Positions 36,571 to 46,143 of a stretch of 64,000 bases of DNA are shown one piece after another. Made by a program: the position numbers and the translations under genes. This DNA comes from Patescibacteria group bacterium (GTDB lineage: Bacteria; Patescibacteriota; Microgenomatia; Daviesbacterales; UBA10151). The notes beneath the pieces are model-generated. The model saw nothing but the letters and a program-made list of their open reading frames with translations. It was not told where the DNA came from and did no database searches. The stretch lies in the NCBI GenBank assembly GCA_943356485.1, contig CALRFD010000005.1:32103-96102 (forward strand), written 5' to 3'. Position 1 is the first letter of the stretch. Each line of letters begins with the position of its first letter.

Positions 36571-39252
36571 ATGAATAAGTTTACCTTGGTTTTTATTTTT
36601 ATATTTGCTATTTTGTTTTGGGTTTTCTGGCTGCCTGGCCCCAGGGTTGCAACAGATTATTATTTAAGCACAAGCGAAATAGTTAAAGATTATACTTTTC
36701 CTTGGGGCTGGAGGGAGAATTCATCAGATGGATTAGGGACGTATACAGTCGGAACTTTATGGTCTCAACCGATACATCTTTTATCAAGAATTCTGCTGGA
36801 GCTTAATATATCTGTTGTTTGGATTACCAAGATTTTACTCATATTATTTCTAGCGGCAGGATTTTTTTCTATAAAAAGGCTACTGGGTTATCTGCAAATA
36901 AAGGGAATGGCAAAATATACAGGGGTTTTATTTTATTTACTTAACACGTATTTCTTGCTTTTGATAGATGGGGGACAGCTTTCTTTAGCCTTTGTGTATT
37001 GTTTAGTTCCTCTTTGTATATATTTTTATCTTAAGACAATGAGTGAGCAGAGCACTAAGAATAGATTAAATTTTATAGCCTCCCTTCTTACGGTTTCATT
37101 TTTAGATATAAGGTTTGTTTTTTTATTATTTTTAATCTTTTTTATTCACATTTTATTCAGTATGGCAAAAACTACTAAAAACACAAAATTAAAATTATTT
37201 AAAAATATTTTCATAACGGGAATATTAACAGTAATATTTTTAATCCTCGCCCATATATATTGGATTTTACCAACATTTTTTTCGCATAGCATTCAATTAC
37301 CTCAAACATATGAAAGAAGCTCGCAGGTAGATTTTTTAAGTTGGTCTTCCTTAGCCCATTCTTTATTTATGCAGCAGCCTCATTGGTACAAGAATATATT
37401 CGGAAATATTTCTAATGTAGGATTAGAGTTTTCAATGATTCCAATATTAGTATTTTTAACGATTATATTAAAAAGAAAGGATAAGGTTGTTGGGTTTTGG
37501 TTAATCATAGCCATTCTAGGAATATTTTTGAGTAAAGGTTCGAAAGAGCCATTCGGAGGGATTTACACTTGGGCATTTACTAATATTCCGGGGTTTTCTT
37601 TATTCAGAGATCCGGTTAAGTTTTATCTGCTAACAGCCCTTTCTTATAGCATCTTAATATCTATTTCAATAAGTGAGATTTCAAAGTTTGATACCAGCAA
37701 AAAATTTATTAATCGGCTTGTCAAACTTATCCCAATTCTTACATTAGTATATTTAATCCTGTTAGCTTGGCCGCTTTATTTTAAGCAGATGACAGGAATG
37801 TTTTCTGAACCAAGTTATGAACAGGAGTTTTTTCAACAGTCGGAAATCTTATCCAAGGACTTCGGCTTTTCCAGAATAGTTTGGATACCAGTTCAGAAAC
37901 CTCTTGGTTTTGCCAGCACCAACCATCCTTCAATCGGGGCGATAAGATTATCCCAAAAGCGGCCGTTTGAGGTAGGTATAACAGGTACCTATGAAACGCT
38001 TAATTTTTTAAGAGATACACCTTTTATGGGAGAGATTTTTGATATTGCAGGTATTGGTTATATTAATTATCCCTATCTTGATGTTAAAAGGGATGAGATG
38101 AGTTTTGATAATAGAAAATACTTTTATACATTTTTAAATCAGCTATCGAAACTTTCCTGGCTTGAAAAAGTACCAGAGTCAAAAATCCCTCTTTTTAAAA
38201 CTACCCATCATCAAGATAGATTTTTTATTGCGCCAAATGTTTGGTGGGTAATAGGGTCAGATAAAATTTATAATGAAGCAACTAAGAGTTCCAATCTAAA
38301 ACTTGCTAACAATGCTTTGATTTTCTCAGAAGAGTACTCAGGGTTAGGGGCGGAAATTAGTAATCTGCCAAATGTAAAGATTATCCTGCAAAATAAAACA
38401 GCCATTGACCTTGCAGCTTCATTTATACAGAAAACTTTAATTTTTCCAGCAAAGCAATTAAAGTTTGATCCGGATCTAAATTCCGGATGGTGGAAAAGGG
38501 AGGCCTCAGATTTGATTAATTGGAGGGATTTTTTGCAGTCTAAGTACGGTATTAATAACCAGGATTTTGATTTAGGCGGAGGATGGGCGGTTGGCGAAGG
38601 AAATAAACAGTTGAAAATTGAAGTTTCCAAAAAAGGAAAAGAGTCTTTGAGAGAAGGAAATGTTTTATTAGCTAGGGTAATGGAGAGCACCAGAAGCGGT
38701 TCATTAAGCTTTTATCAGGATGATCAGTTAATAGGAACTCTAAATACTGAAAAAGAAGGCAATAATATCAGGTGGTTTGAAATAGGCCAGTTACGTAAAT
38801 CAGACGGACAACTGAGGATTCTATCGTTTGGGGATATTAATGTAGTTAATGCCTTAGCAATTTTAGACGCTAAAGACTGGCAGGTATTAAAAAATAAAGC
38901 TGTTTTGCTTAAGGGTAGGATTATGGATTTTAATGAAATGAATGCAAGCAGTTCTGGCGTTCCTAAAATTTCTTACCAGAAAATAAATCCGACTAAATAT
39001 GTTGTTAATATTAATGGTTTAACAAAAAGCTCTCTTTTAATATTTTCCCAAAATTACGACAGATCCTGGAAAATTAATAATCAGGAACCGCTACCTATAT
39101 ATAGTTTGCTAAACGGATTTGCTGTAAATACAGATGGCCGCTATGTTATCGAATTTGAACCTCAAAAATATATTAATTTAGGGTTAATTATTTCTATATT
39201 CACAATGAGTATCCTGATTCTTCTCATAATTAAATACAGCAAACAACGGTGA
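36571..39252 (+). CDS. Large polytopic membrane protein (893 aa), divergent member of the giant GT-C-like family
   Basis: It has the same architecture: an N-terminal multi-TM domain, a soluble domain and a C-terminal TM helix. Related motifs are FSLFRDPVKF (compare RNPFEKLG) and the C-terminal FSQNYDRSWKI...EFEPQ (compare SETYHPGWKL...LEFTPE). Confidence 0.45.
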   Translation: MNKFTLVFIFIFAILFWVFWLPGPRVATDYYLSTSEIVKDYTFPWGWRENSSDGLGTYTVGTLWSQPIHLLSRILLELNISVVWITKILLILFLAAGFFSIKRLLGYLQIKGMAKYTGVLFYLLNTYFLLLIDGGQLSLAFVYCLVPLCIYFYLKTMSEQSTKNRLNFIASLLTVSFLDIRFVFLLFLIFFIHILFSMAKTTKNTKLKLFKNIFITGILTVIFLILAHIYWILPTFFSHSIQLPQTYERSSQVDFLSWSSLAHSLFMQQPHWYKNIFGNISNVGLEFSMIPILVFLTIILKRKDKVVGFWLIIAILGIFLSKGSKEPFGGIYTWAFTNIPGFSLFRDPVKFYLLTALSYSILISISISEISKFDTSKKFINRLVKLIPILTLVYLILLAWPLYFKQMTGMFSEPSYEQEFFQQSEILSKDFGFSRIVWIPVQKPLGFASTNHPSIGAIRLSQKRPFEVGITGTYETLNFLRDTPFMGEIFDIAGIGYINYPYLDVKRDEMSFDNRKYFYTFLNQLSKLSWLEKVPESKIPLFKTTHHQDRFFIAPNVWWVIGSDKIYNEATKSSNLKLANNALIFSEEYSGLGAEISNLPNVKIILQNKTAIDLAASFIQKTLIFPAKQLKFDPDLNSGWWKREASDLINWRDFLQSKYGINNQDFDLGGGWAVGEGNKQLKIEVSKKGKESLREGNVLLARVMESTRSGSLSFYQDDQLIGTLNTEKEGNNIRWFEIGQLRKSDGQLRILSFGDINVVNALAILDAKDWQVLKNKAVLLKGRIMDFNEMNASSSGVPKISYQKINPTKYVVNINGLTKSSLLIFSQNYDRSWKINNQEPLPIYSLLNGFAVNTDGRYVIEFEPQKYINLGLIISIFTMSILILLIIKYSKQR

Positions 39253-40538
39253 TTTTTTTATATAATAGCTATATGCTCAAATCAATTATTAAGAGTGCAA
39301 CTTTTAAACAATCGCAGGTAGCTATAATCAGTACCATAATTAACGGAACATTAGGGGCTTTATTCTATATTACCCTGGCTAGATTAGTAGGTCCCTCTAG
39401 CTTTGGATTATTAACTGTTTCCTTGACCACCCTGGTTTTAATCGCAGATATTGTTGATATTGGTACAAACACAGGTTTAATCCGTTTTGTCTCTTCAAAT
39501 TTAACAACGGATAGGAACAAGGCATATAGGTTCTTAAAGTTAAGTTTGGAGATTAAATTAATAGTATGGCTGATAACTTTTGTTGTTATTTTTTCCCTTG
39601 CTCCTTTCTTAGCGACGAATATTTTTCATAAGAGTTCTCTTGTTAGCCCGCTACGTTTGGTTGGCTTTGGAGTAGGGGGAGCTTTGCTTTTTACTTTTGC
39701 TACTTCAATGTTGCAGGCGTTTCAAAAATATTTTCTTTGGAGTCTAGTAAATATTACTACCAATTTTTTAAGATTACTTCTGATACTTATCTTAGGTTTT
39801 TATCTAAAACTTAATGTTCAGAGCAGCTTGGCTACATATATTGCACTTCCAATGTTTGGTTTTTTTATGACGCTTTTATTAGTTCCTGCTCGGGAAATAT
39901 TTTCTGCTAAATCAGAATTTCTTTTACTAAAAGAATTACTTAAATATAATTTACCGGTGGCAATATTTACTATAATTGCTGCTTTCTCTTCAAAATTAGA
40001 CACTTTTCTAAGCGCTACACTTCTTTCCAGTCGGGAGGTTGGAATTTATGGAGCCGCAAGCCAGCTTGTACAAGTTGTGCCTCAGGTGGTTGCAGGTTTA
40101 GGTTTAGTTGCCGCACCCAAGTTTTCTTCCTTTACGAGTGAACATCAGATGGTAATTTATTTAAAAAAACTACAACTACTTGTTTCAGGGTTAGTACTAA
40201 TAGGCATCTTATTGCTTCCTTTAGCAATCTATCTGATTCCGGTATTGTTTGGGCAAGCTTATCAGGATTCGATATCAATATTCATAATTTTATTTTTTGC
40301 TATGCTTGTATTCCTTTTTTCACTGCCGGTTCACAGTAGTGTAATTTTTTATTTTGGCAGACCAGATGTTTTTATTTGGGTATCAATTGGTAATTTAATT
40401 TTGGTCGGAGGACTAGGGTATTTAATGATTCAAAATTTAGGTATGATAGGTGCAGCAGTTTCTGTTTTAATAGGTACAGCCTTTAGCTTTTTATATCCTT
40501 TGGTTTGGCTGTTAGTTAAATTAAAAAAAAATAAATGA
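39249..40538 (+). CDS. Wzx-like oligosaccharide flippase / polysaccharide biosynthesis protein (MOP superfamily)
   Basis: It is 429 aa with about 12 TM helices. The N-terminus SQVAIISTIINGTLGALFYITLARLVGPSSFGLL is typical of the Polysacc_synt/Wzx family. Confidence 0.6.
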   Translation: MIFLYNSYMLKSIIKSATFKQSQVAIISTIINGTLGALFYITLARLVGPSSFGLLTVSLTTLVLIADIVDIGTNTGLIRFVSSNLTTDRNKAYRFLKLSLEIKLIVWLITFVVIFSLAPFLATNIFHKSSLVSPLRLVGFGVGGALLFTFATSMLQAFQKYFLWSLVNITTNFLRLLLILILGFYLKLNVQSSLATYIALPMFGFFMTLLLVPAREIFSAKSEFLLLKELLKYNLPVAIFTIIAAFSSKLDTFLSATLLSSREVGIYGAASQLVQVVPQVVAGLGLVAAPKFSSFTSEHQMVIYLKKLQLLVSGLVLIGILLLPLAIYLIPVLFGQAYQDSISIFIILFFAMLVFLFSLPVHSSVIFYFGRPDVFIWVSIGNLILVGGLGYLMIQNLGMIGAAVSVLIGTAFSFLYPLVWLLVKLKKNK

Positions 40539-41335
40539 AAATTTGGGTAAATACGATTGTAAATAATGAAGAGAACTTTTTATGGTTTAGCGTAATGAGT
40601 GTAGTTGATTTTGTAGATAAGATTTTAATCTGGGACAGTGGGTCAACAGATAACAGTGTTGAAATAATTAAAAAGCTAAAAGAGCTTAAGGGAGATAAAA
40701 TTGAGTTTAAACAGGTGGGGAGGGTAAGCGGTTTGGAGTTTACGAAGATGCGTCAAAAAATGCTGGATCAGTCAAAAAGTGACTGGATCATAATTCTGGA
40801 TGGTGATGAGATCTGGTGGCAAGCCTCTATTAAAAAAATTATTTCTGAAATTATCAAGCGTGGCAGGCAGGTAGAGGGAATTGTTGTGCCGATGGTAGTT
40901 CCTGTTGGAGATATATATCATATTCAAGATGAGAGAGCAGGTAGATATAATATTCTAGGTAAAAAAGGACACTTTAGTTTAAAAGCTTTCAGTAAAGCTA
41001 TCCCCGGTCTTCACGCAGATTGGCCTTATGGGAAAGAGGGATTTTTTGACAAAGATAATCGTTTAATCCAGGAAAGAGAAAAGATCGTTTTTTTGAATGC
41101 CCCCTTTCTACACCTTACACATTTAAAAAGATCGAATTCTAAAAGGCTTTATAATAAGTTTAAATATGAATTAGGTAGATTAGTTCCGGAGGGATTTAAG
41201 TTTCCGGAAATCTTATATAGGGAATTTCCGGAAATGATCTCTTCCCCCTGGAAAAAAATTTCCGGTATAGATTATATTAAAGCAATAATCCAAACACCAT
41301 TAAGATGGATTAAAAGGAGGATTTATTATAGATAA
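40535..41335 (+). CDS. GT-A-like glycosyltransferase (family 2-like)
   Basis: It has LIWDSGSTDNSVEII and a DxD-like ILDGDEIWW. It is 266 aa. Confidence 0.5.
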   Translation: MKIWVNTIVNNEENFLWFSVMSVVDFVDKILIWDSGSTDNSVEIIKKLKELKGDKIEFKQVGRVSGLEFTKMRQKMLDQSKSDWIIILDGDEIWWQASIKKIISEIIKRGRQVEGIVVPMVVPVGDIYHIQDERAGRYNILGKKGHFSLKAFSKAIPGLHADWPYGKEGFFDKDNRLIQEREKIVFLNAPFLHLTHLKRSNSKRLYNKFKYELGRLVPEGFKFPEILYREFPEMISSPWKKISGIDYIKAIIQTPLRWIKRRIYYR

Positions 41336-41348
41336 ATCAAGTCAAACT

Positions 41349-42020
41349 TTGGAATCAATGAGTCAAGCTGTTTGGTATAACAGATGGGTTGAAGGGCAAT
41401 TTTATAAATATCTTTCCGGGAATATCCTAGAAGTCGGTTGTGGTATAGCTAACTTTAGTCAATATCTGTCTAAATATGGAAAATTAACCGCGATAGATAT
41501 AAATAGAGAATATATAAAGCAGGCAAAAAAGAAAGCGGGTATAGATGTAAGAGTAGGATTTGGGGATATTGAGAATGGCCAATATTTTTTTAAAGAACGA
41601 AATTTCAATACTGTTGTTTGTATCAATGTCCTGGAACATATAAATAATGATAAAAAGGCTCTAAAAAATATTGCGGAGTTGTTATTACCAAAAGGCTATT
41701 TGGTTTTGCTTGTCCCGGCTGGTAAATTTCTCTATAATCTAATAGATAGGTCAATCGGTCATTTCCGGCGTTACGAAAAAAATGAACTTTTGCTGCAGTT
41801 AGAGGAAGCAGATTTTGAGATAGTTAAATCAAAAAGGCTAAACTTCTTAGGGGCTTTGGGTTGGTTTATTTCCGGTAGGGTATTTAAAGACAGTAGTGTT
41901 GGTGAAGGGAAGATTAGAATATTTAATTTAATTGCCCCCTTATTTTTAAAGATTGAAAGTATAATTGAGCCGCCCGTTGGGACTTCAATATTAATCATAG
42001 CCAGAAAGAAAGAGAAATGA
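41349..42020 (+). CDS. Class I SAM-dependent methyltransferase
   Basis: It carries motif I ILEVGCGIANFS and NVLEHI...LLPKGYLVL. Confidence 0.75.
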   Translation: MESMSQAVWYNRWVEGQFYKYLSGNILEVGCGIANFSQYLSKYGKLTAIDINREYIKQAKKKAGIDVRVGFGDIENGQYFFKERNFNTVVCINVLEHINNDKKALKNIAELLLPKGYLVLLVPAGKFLYNLIDRSIGHFRRYEKNELLLQLEEADFEIVKSKRLNFLGALGWFISGRVFKDSSVGEGKIRIFNLIAPLFLKIESIIEPPVGTSILIIARKKEK

Positions 42021-42715
42021 AATTATCAATTATTATTCCTGTCTATAACGAGGAAAAGACAGTGGAAGAAATTCTAAAACGGGTTTTAGCAGTCAAGTTG
42101 CCTTTAAAAATAGAAAAAGAGATAATTGTTGTAGATGATGGTTCATCTGATAATACGCCAGTAATTATAAACAAGTTTACCGGGGTAAAAAAAATATTCC
42201 ATCAAAATAATTTAGGTAAAGGCTCTGCCATAAAAACCGGGCTGAAAGTTGCAACAGGAGAGGTAATTGTTATTCAGGATGGTGATTTGGAATATGATCC
42301 CCTTTATTACCCCCTCTTACTAAAACCAATCCTGGATAAAAAGGCAGATGTTGTATATGGCACCAGGTTGATTAATTATCCTTTGAGGTTATGGGGAGAA
42401 AATAAGACTATTCTACCTTTGCATTTGGTTGCAAACAGATTTTTGACGGTCTTAACTAATATCCTTTATGGTTCAAACTTAACCGATATGGAAACTTGCT
42501 ATAAAGTCTTTAGAAGAAGTTGTATTAGCGGAGTTGAATTAATCTCGAGTGGGTTTGCTTTTGAACCTGAAATAACTGCAAAATTTCTGAAAAAAGGATT
42601 AAAGATCATAGAAGTCCCTATTAAAGTTAAACCAAGAACTCATAAAGAAGGTAAAAAAATTAGCTGGTTTGATGGACTTGAGGCTGTCTTTACCTTGTTT
42701 AGATATAGGTTATGA
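42017..42715 (+). CDS. GT2 glycosyltransferase, DPM1/ArnC-like polyprenyl-phosphate sugar synthase (soluble form)
   Basis: It has LSIIIPVYNEEKTV...IIVVDDGSSDNT and IQDGDLEYDP. It is 232 aa and is immediately followed by a GT-C membrane enzyme. Confidence 0.7.
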   Translation: MKLSIIIPVYNEEKTVEEILKRVLAVKLPLKIEKEIIVVDDGSSDNTPVIINKFTGVKKIFHQNNLGKGSAIKTGLKVATGEVIVIQDGDLEYDPLYYPLLLKPILDKKADVVYGTRLINYPLRLWGENKTILPLHLVANRFLTVLTNILYGSNLTDMETCYKVFRRSCISGVELISSGFAFEPEITAKFLKKGLKIIEVPIKVKPRTHKEGKKISWFDGLEAVFTLFRYRL

Positions 42716-44223
42716 ATAGAAAAGGTATTTTCCTGCTAATTTTGATTTTAGCTCTCTCCTTAATTCTAAGGTTTTATCGTTTACATGATATTTATGTTTT
42801 TAACTTCGATGAGGAATATCAGGCTAGCTATGCCTGGACCTTAGTCAAAGACGTTCATCCAATTTGGATAGGGGTTAGTTCCTCTTTTTTAGATTTTTAT
42901 CTGGGACCTTATTTTACTTATTTTACTGCCGTTCTTCTTTATTTTTCTTCAGGAGACCCGATGTTAACTGCTTATTTTGCAGCTTTTTTGGGTGTAGTAA
43001 CCACAGGTATAATCTTTTTCGTCGGCCGTAAAATATTTAATAACCAGATTGGATATATTGCTTCCCTACTTTATGCCACAATGCCCATTTTTGTTTTTTT
43101 TGATCAGAAATATTGGAATCCGATGTTTACGCCAATAATTGTGTTATTTTTATTTTTGACGCTCTACTACAATTTAAAATCCTACTGGTTTTGGATAGGA
43201 GCCGCTGTCTTATTTGGAACTGTGCTTAATACGCATTTGGGTCCGGCACCACTATTTTTAATAGGAGTTTACCAATTTTTCAAAGGAGGTTATTGGAAGT
43301 CCATTAAATTAATTATTATCAGCTTTTTGGCATTTCTAATATTTTATTGGCCTCTAATAGTCTTTGACTTTAATCATAATTTCAGTAATATCAGCAGTTT
43401 TTTAAGAATTGGTAGCAGTTTGAGCCAATCAAAGATAGCATTTAACCCTCAAGTAAAGCTTCAATCATTAGCAGATACGTTGGGCAGATTCTGGTATTTA
43501 AAAAGTGGAAATCCAAACGCTGATGAGATTAACTTCTCCTGCAATTCCCTAACCGTAAAGCCGGAATTTAAAGATGTTGGTCGGTACGCTAAAAGAACAA
43601 GCGCGCCGCTTGTGTTATCTATTTTAAGCTTGATATTAATTTTTTATTACTCTTGGGTAAATTACAACAGTCAAAAATTTGAGCTAAAATTATTAACTGC
43701 TTTTTTGATGGTGGCAATTTTCTCTTTTTTACTTTACCCCGGGGCTTCTTCTGAGTACTATACTATGTCAATTTTGGTCTTGTTTACCTTTGTGCCGGGA
43801 ATATTAATTAGTCAATCAAACAAAAAACTGGCAGTAGGTTTGTTCGGAATAATTATTATATTCTCTATTTTAGGTATTAACACCGTTCTTCATACTTCAG
43901 ATGAATTTAGTTTAGGCCCAAAGAAAAAACTAATTGCTGAAGTAATGAAGATTGTAGGTCAAGAGGACTTTGCCATTGAAGGAAGGGGAATATGTCATAA
44001 TTATGAAGGCTGGAGATATTTATTTAAAGTCTATGGCAGGGTTCCAACTCAGAGCTATACTGATGATAGCCTTGGCTGGTTATATCCCAAAGAGATAGGA
44101 AAGGAAAAACCTGCCATCACTGTTATCCTTTCTGAAGACAGGATTCCGCTTAAAGAAGATCTATCCAGCCTTACCTCTGTCAGATCAGGAGGGTATAGGG
44201 CGTATATCAGGAAAGACAGGTAA
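42712..44223 (+). CDS. PMT/ArnT-like GT-C membrane glycosyltransferase (GT39/83-like), paralog A
   Basis: It is a multi-TM protein. FNFDEEYQASYAW matches the PMT-family loop-1 FDEvhfgxfaxyY motif. Its C-terminal 143 aa are identical to paralog B (46686..48215). Confidence 0.6.
   Translation: MNRKGIFLLILILALSLILRFYRLHDIYVFNFDEEYQASYAWTLVKDVHPIWIGVSSSFLDFYLGPYFTYFTAVLLYFSSGDPMLTAYFAAFLGVVTTGIIFFVGRKIFNNQIGYIASLLYATMPIFVFFDQKYWNPMFTPIIVLFLFLTLYYNLKSYWFWIGAAVLFGTVLNTHLGPAPLFLIGVYQFFKGGYWKSIKLIIISFLAFLIFYWPLIVFDFNHNFSNISSFLRIGSSLSQSKIAFNPQVKLQSLADTLGRFWYLKSGNPNADEINFSCNSLTVKPEFKDVGRYAKRTSAPLVLSILSLILIFYYSWVNYNSQKFELKLLTAFLMVAIFSFLLYPGASSEYYTMSILVLFTFVPGILISQSNKKLAVGLFGIIIIFSILGINTVLHTSDEFSLGPKKKLIAEVMKIVGQEDFAIEGRGICHNYEGWRYLFKVYGRVPTQSYTDDSLGWLYPKEIGKEKPAITVILSEDRIPLKEDLSSLTSVRSGGYRAYIRKDR
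43783..44214 (+). repeat. 432-bp near-identical direct repeat, copy 1 (3' end of GT-C paralog A)
   Basis: 430 of 432 nt are identical to 47778..48209. The only differences are two adjacent bases in caatcaaa versus caactaaa. The flanks are strongly diverged. Confidence 0.9.
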
Positions 44224-44224
44224 T

Positions 44225-45355
44225 TTAGAGGATTTTCTTCAATACTTCAACCATATAATCTATTTCACTATTTTTAAGCTGAGGGTAAATTGGTAGCCTG
44301 ATTAAGGTGGAGGAAACCTCTTCTGTAATTGGGCAGGATCCTTTTTTGTAACCCAGTTGTTTCCCCATAACTGATGTATGGAGCGGTAGGAAATGAAATG
44401 AGGCTTCGACTCCGTATGATTTAAGCTCTTTAACAATGCGACTGCGGGACGACTTTGGCACTCTGATGGCAAAAATATGCCAGTTTGGATCAGTTCCTTG
44501 ACTAACCTGAGGCAGAACTATTTTTGAAGAAAGTGATCTTAGCTTTGTTAATAGATACTCAGCCTTTTTTTGTCTTAAAGAGGTAATCTGGCTCAATTTT
44601 TTCATTTGGACTAGCGCAATCGCAGATAAAATATCCGATAAAATTAAACTGCGCCCGACTCTAACCCATGAATACTTTCCCCTTTCCCCCCGCATAAACG
44701 AAGAACGGTTAGTACCCTTTTCCCTGATAATCTCGGCAATTTTATTAATTTTTGAATTATTTGTTACAAATGCACCTCCTTCACCTGAAGCAGCATTTTT
44801 TGTGCCATGAAATGAGTAACATCCTATCAGACCAAGGGTTCCCAAGTATTTACCATAATACTTTGCTCCCAGCGCGTGGGCTGCATCTTCTATGACAATA
44901 AGTTTATAAGTGTGGGCGATCTTATTAATTTCTTCCATGTCGGCGGCCATACCGGCGTAGTGAACAACCATAATTGCTTTAGTTCTTTTGGTGATTAATT
45001 TTTCTATATCTTTCGGGTTTATATTATAAGTTTGAATATCAATGTCAGCAAAAACAGGTTTTCCTCCGGCTAAGAGTATGGCATTGGCGCAGGATGAAAA
45101 AGTAAATGAAGGTAATATCACCTCATCTCCTTTGTTTAAGAAAAGGGCAAAGGCTAATTCAAGAGAAGCAGTGCCTGAACCTGTGGGTAGTGCGTATTTA
45201 GAGCCTACTATTTGTGATATTTCTTTAGAAAGAAGTTCACTATAATTTAGATCCCCTACTCCTGTACCGCTACGCATAGCCATGACTGCTGCTTTTTCTT
45301 CGTCTTTTCCCCAGAATGGTTTATGTAAAGGTATGAGGTATTTATTTTGAGACAT
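44225..45355 (-). CDS. DegT/DnrJ/EryC1-family PLP-dependent sugar aminotransferase (ArnB/PglE-like), second copy
   Basis: It has the FHGTKN Lys motif and GEGGAFVTNN. It is 376 aa. Confidence 0.85.
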   Translation of the reverse strand: MSQNKYLIPLHKPFWGKDEEKAAVMAMRSGTGVGDLNYSELLSKEISQIVGSKYALPTGSGTASLELAFALFLNKGDEVILPSFTFSSCANAILLAGGKPVFADIDIQTYNINPKDIEKLITKRTKAIMVVHYAGMAADMEEINKIAHTYKLIVIEDAAHALGAKYYGKYLGTLGLIGCYSFHGTKNAASGEGGAFVTNNSKINKIAEIIREKGTNRSSFMRGERGKYSWVRVGRSLILSDILSAIALVQMKKLSQITSLRQKKAEYLLTKLRSLSSKIVLPQVSQGTDPNWHIFAIRVPKSSRSRIVKELKSYGVEASFHFLPLHTSVMGKQLGYKKGSCPITEEVSSTLIRLPIYPQLKNSEIDYMVEVLKKIL

Positions 45356-45361
45356 TTTTAG

Positions 45362-46084
45362 TTATTTTTTTGGAATTTGAGACCTAAAACGGTATATTTT
45401 TTTTAGGTAATCCAAGGTATCAGGTATCAGATTGACTGTGGATTTTTTGTCAGTTCGTCTGATAAAAAGAACCGGTATCTGACTAATTCTTAATCCTTTC
45501 CAAAAAGAACGGGCGCAGATTTCCGTATCCCAGAACCAACCCTTCTCTGTAATCTTTGAGATAACCGGCAAAATTGCTTCTCTTTTGAAAAATTTATAAC
45601 CTGCTTCCGTATCATCAATGGGTAAGCGTAGAAGCCAATGAACTATTAGTTTATAACCTTTGGAAGAAATCACCCTGGAGATAGCTGATAAATTTTTTTC
45701 ATAAAATCTGTTTCCAACAACTAAATCAAAACCTTTTTCCAGTTCCTGAATAAACAAAGGAATATAGTCTGCAGAAACCTCTAAATCAACATCTAAAAAA
45801 CCACAATAAATGCCTTTTGCCCAGTTGATCCCATCACTAACTGCTTTTCCCCTGCCTTCATTTTTGCTATGTTGAATTAAGCGGCTGTTTTTAAAACCCG
45901 GTAATAATTTTTGTATTTTTTGCAGGGTGTTATCCGTACTTTTATCTTCAACAAAAATTAATTCCCAACTCTTTGTCAATTTTTGTAAACTCTTATAAAT
46001 TATTTTTAAGTTTTGCTCAAGAATTGAACCTTCATTATACAGAGGAATTATTAATGAAAGGTAAGGCTTTGACATTGGCTTCAT
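45362..46084 (-). CDS. GT2 glycosyltransferase, ArnC/DPM1-like polyprenyl-phosphate sugar synthase
   Basis: It carries LSLIIPLYNEGSIL...LIFVEDKSTDNT and FLDVDLE. It is 240 aa. Confidence 0.7.
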   Translation of the reverse strand: MKPMSKPYLSLIIPLYNEGSILEQNLKIIYKSLQKLTKSWELIFVEDKSTDNTLQKIQKLLPGFKNSRLIQHSKNEGRGKAVSDGINWAKGIYCGFLDVDLEVSADYIPLFIQELEKGFDLVVGNRFYEKNLSAISRVISSKGYKLIVHWLLRLPIDDTEAGYKFFKREAILPVISKITEKGWFWDTEICARSFWKGLRISQIPVLFIRRTDKKSTVNLIPDTLDYLKKIYRFRSQIPKK

Positions 46085-46143
46085 TCTAATTAAATGTATA
46101 TATAATGTAAAGGTATGTTATATAATTTTTATAGAACAAATCT
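46085..46143. promoter_or_regulatory. Divergent promoter gap with two TATATAAT-like -10 boxes
   Basis: The sequence reads gtatatataatg and gttatataattt in the 59-bp gap between the divergent GT2 (-) and acetyltransferase (+) genes. Confidence 0.3.
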
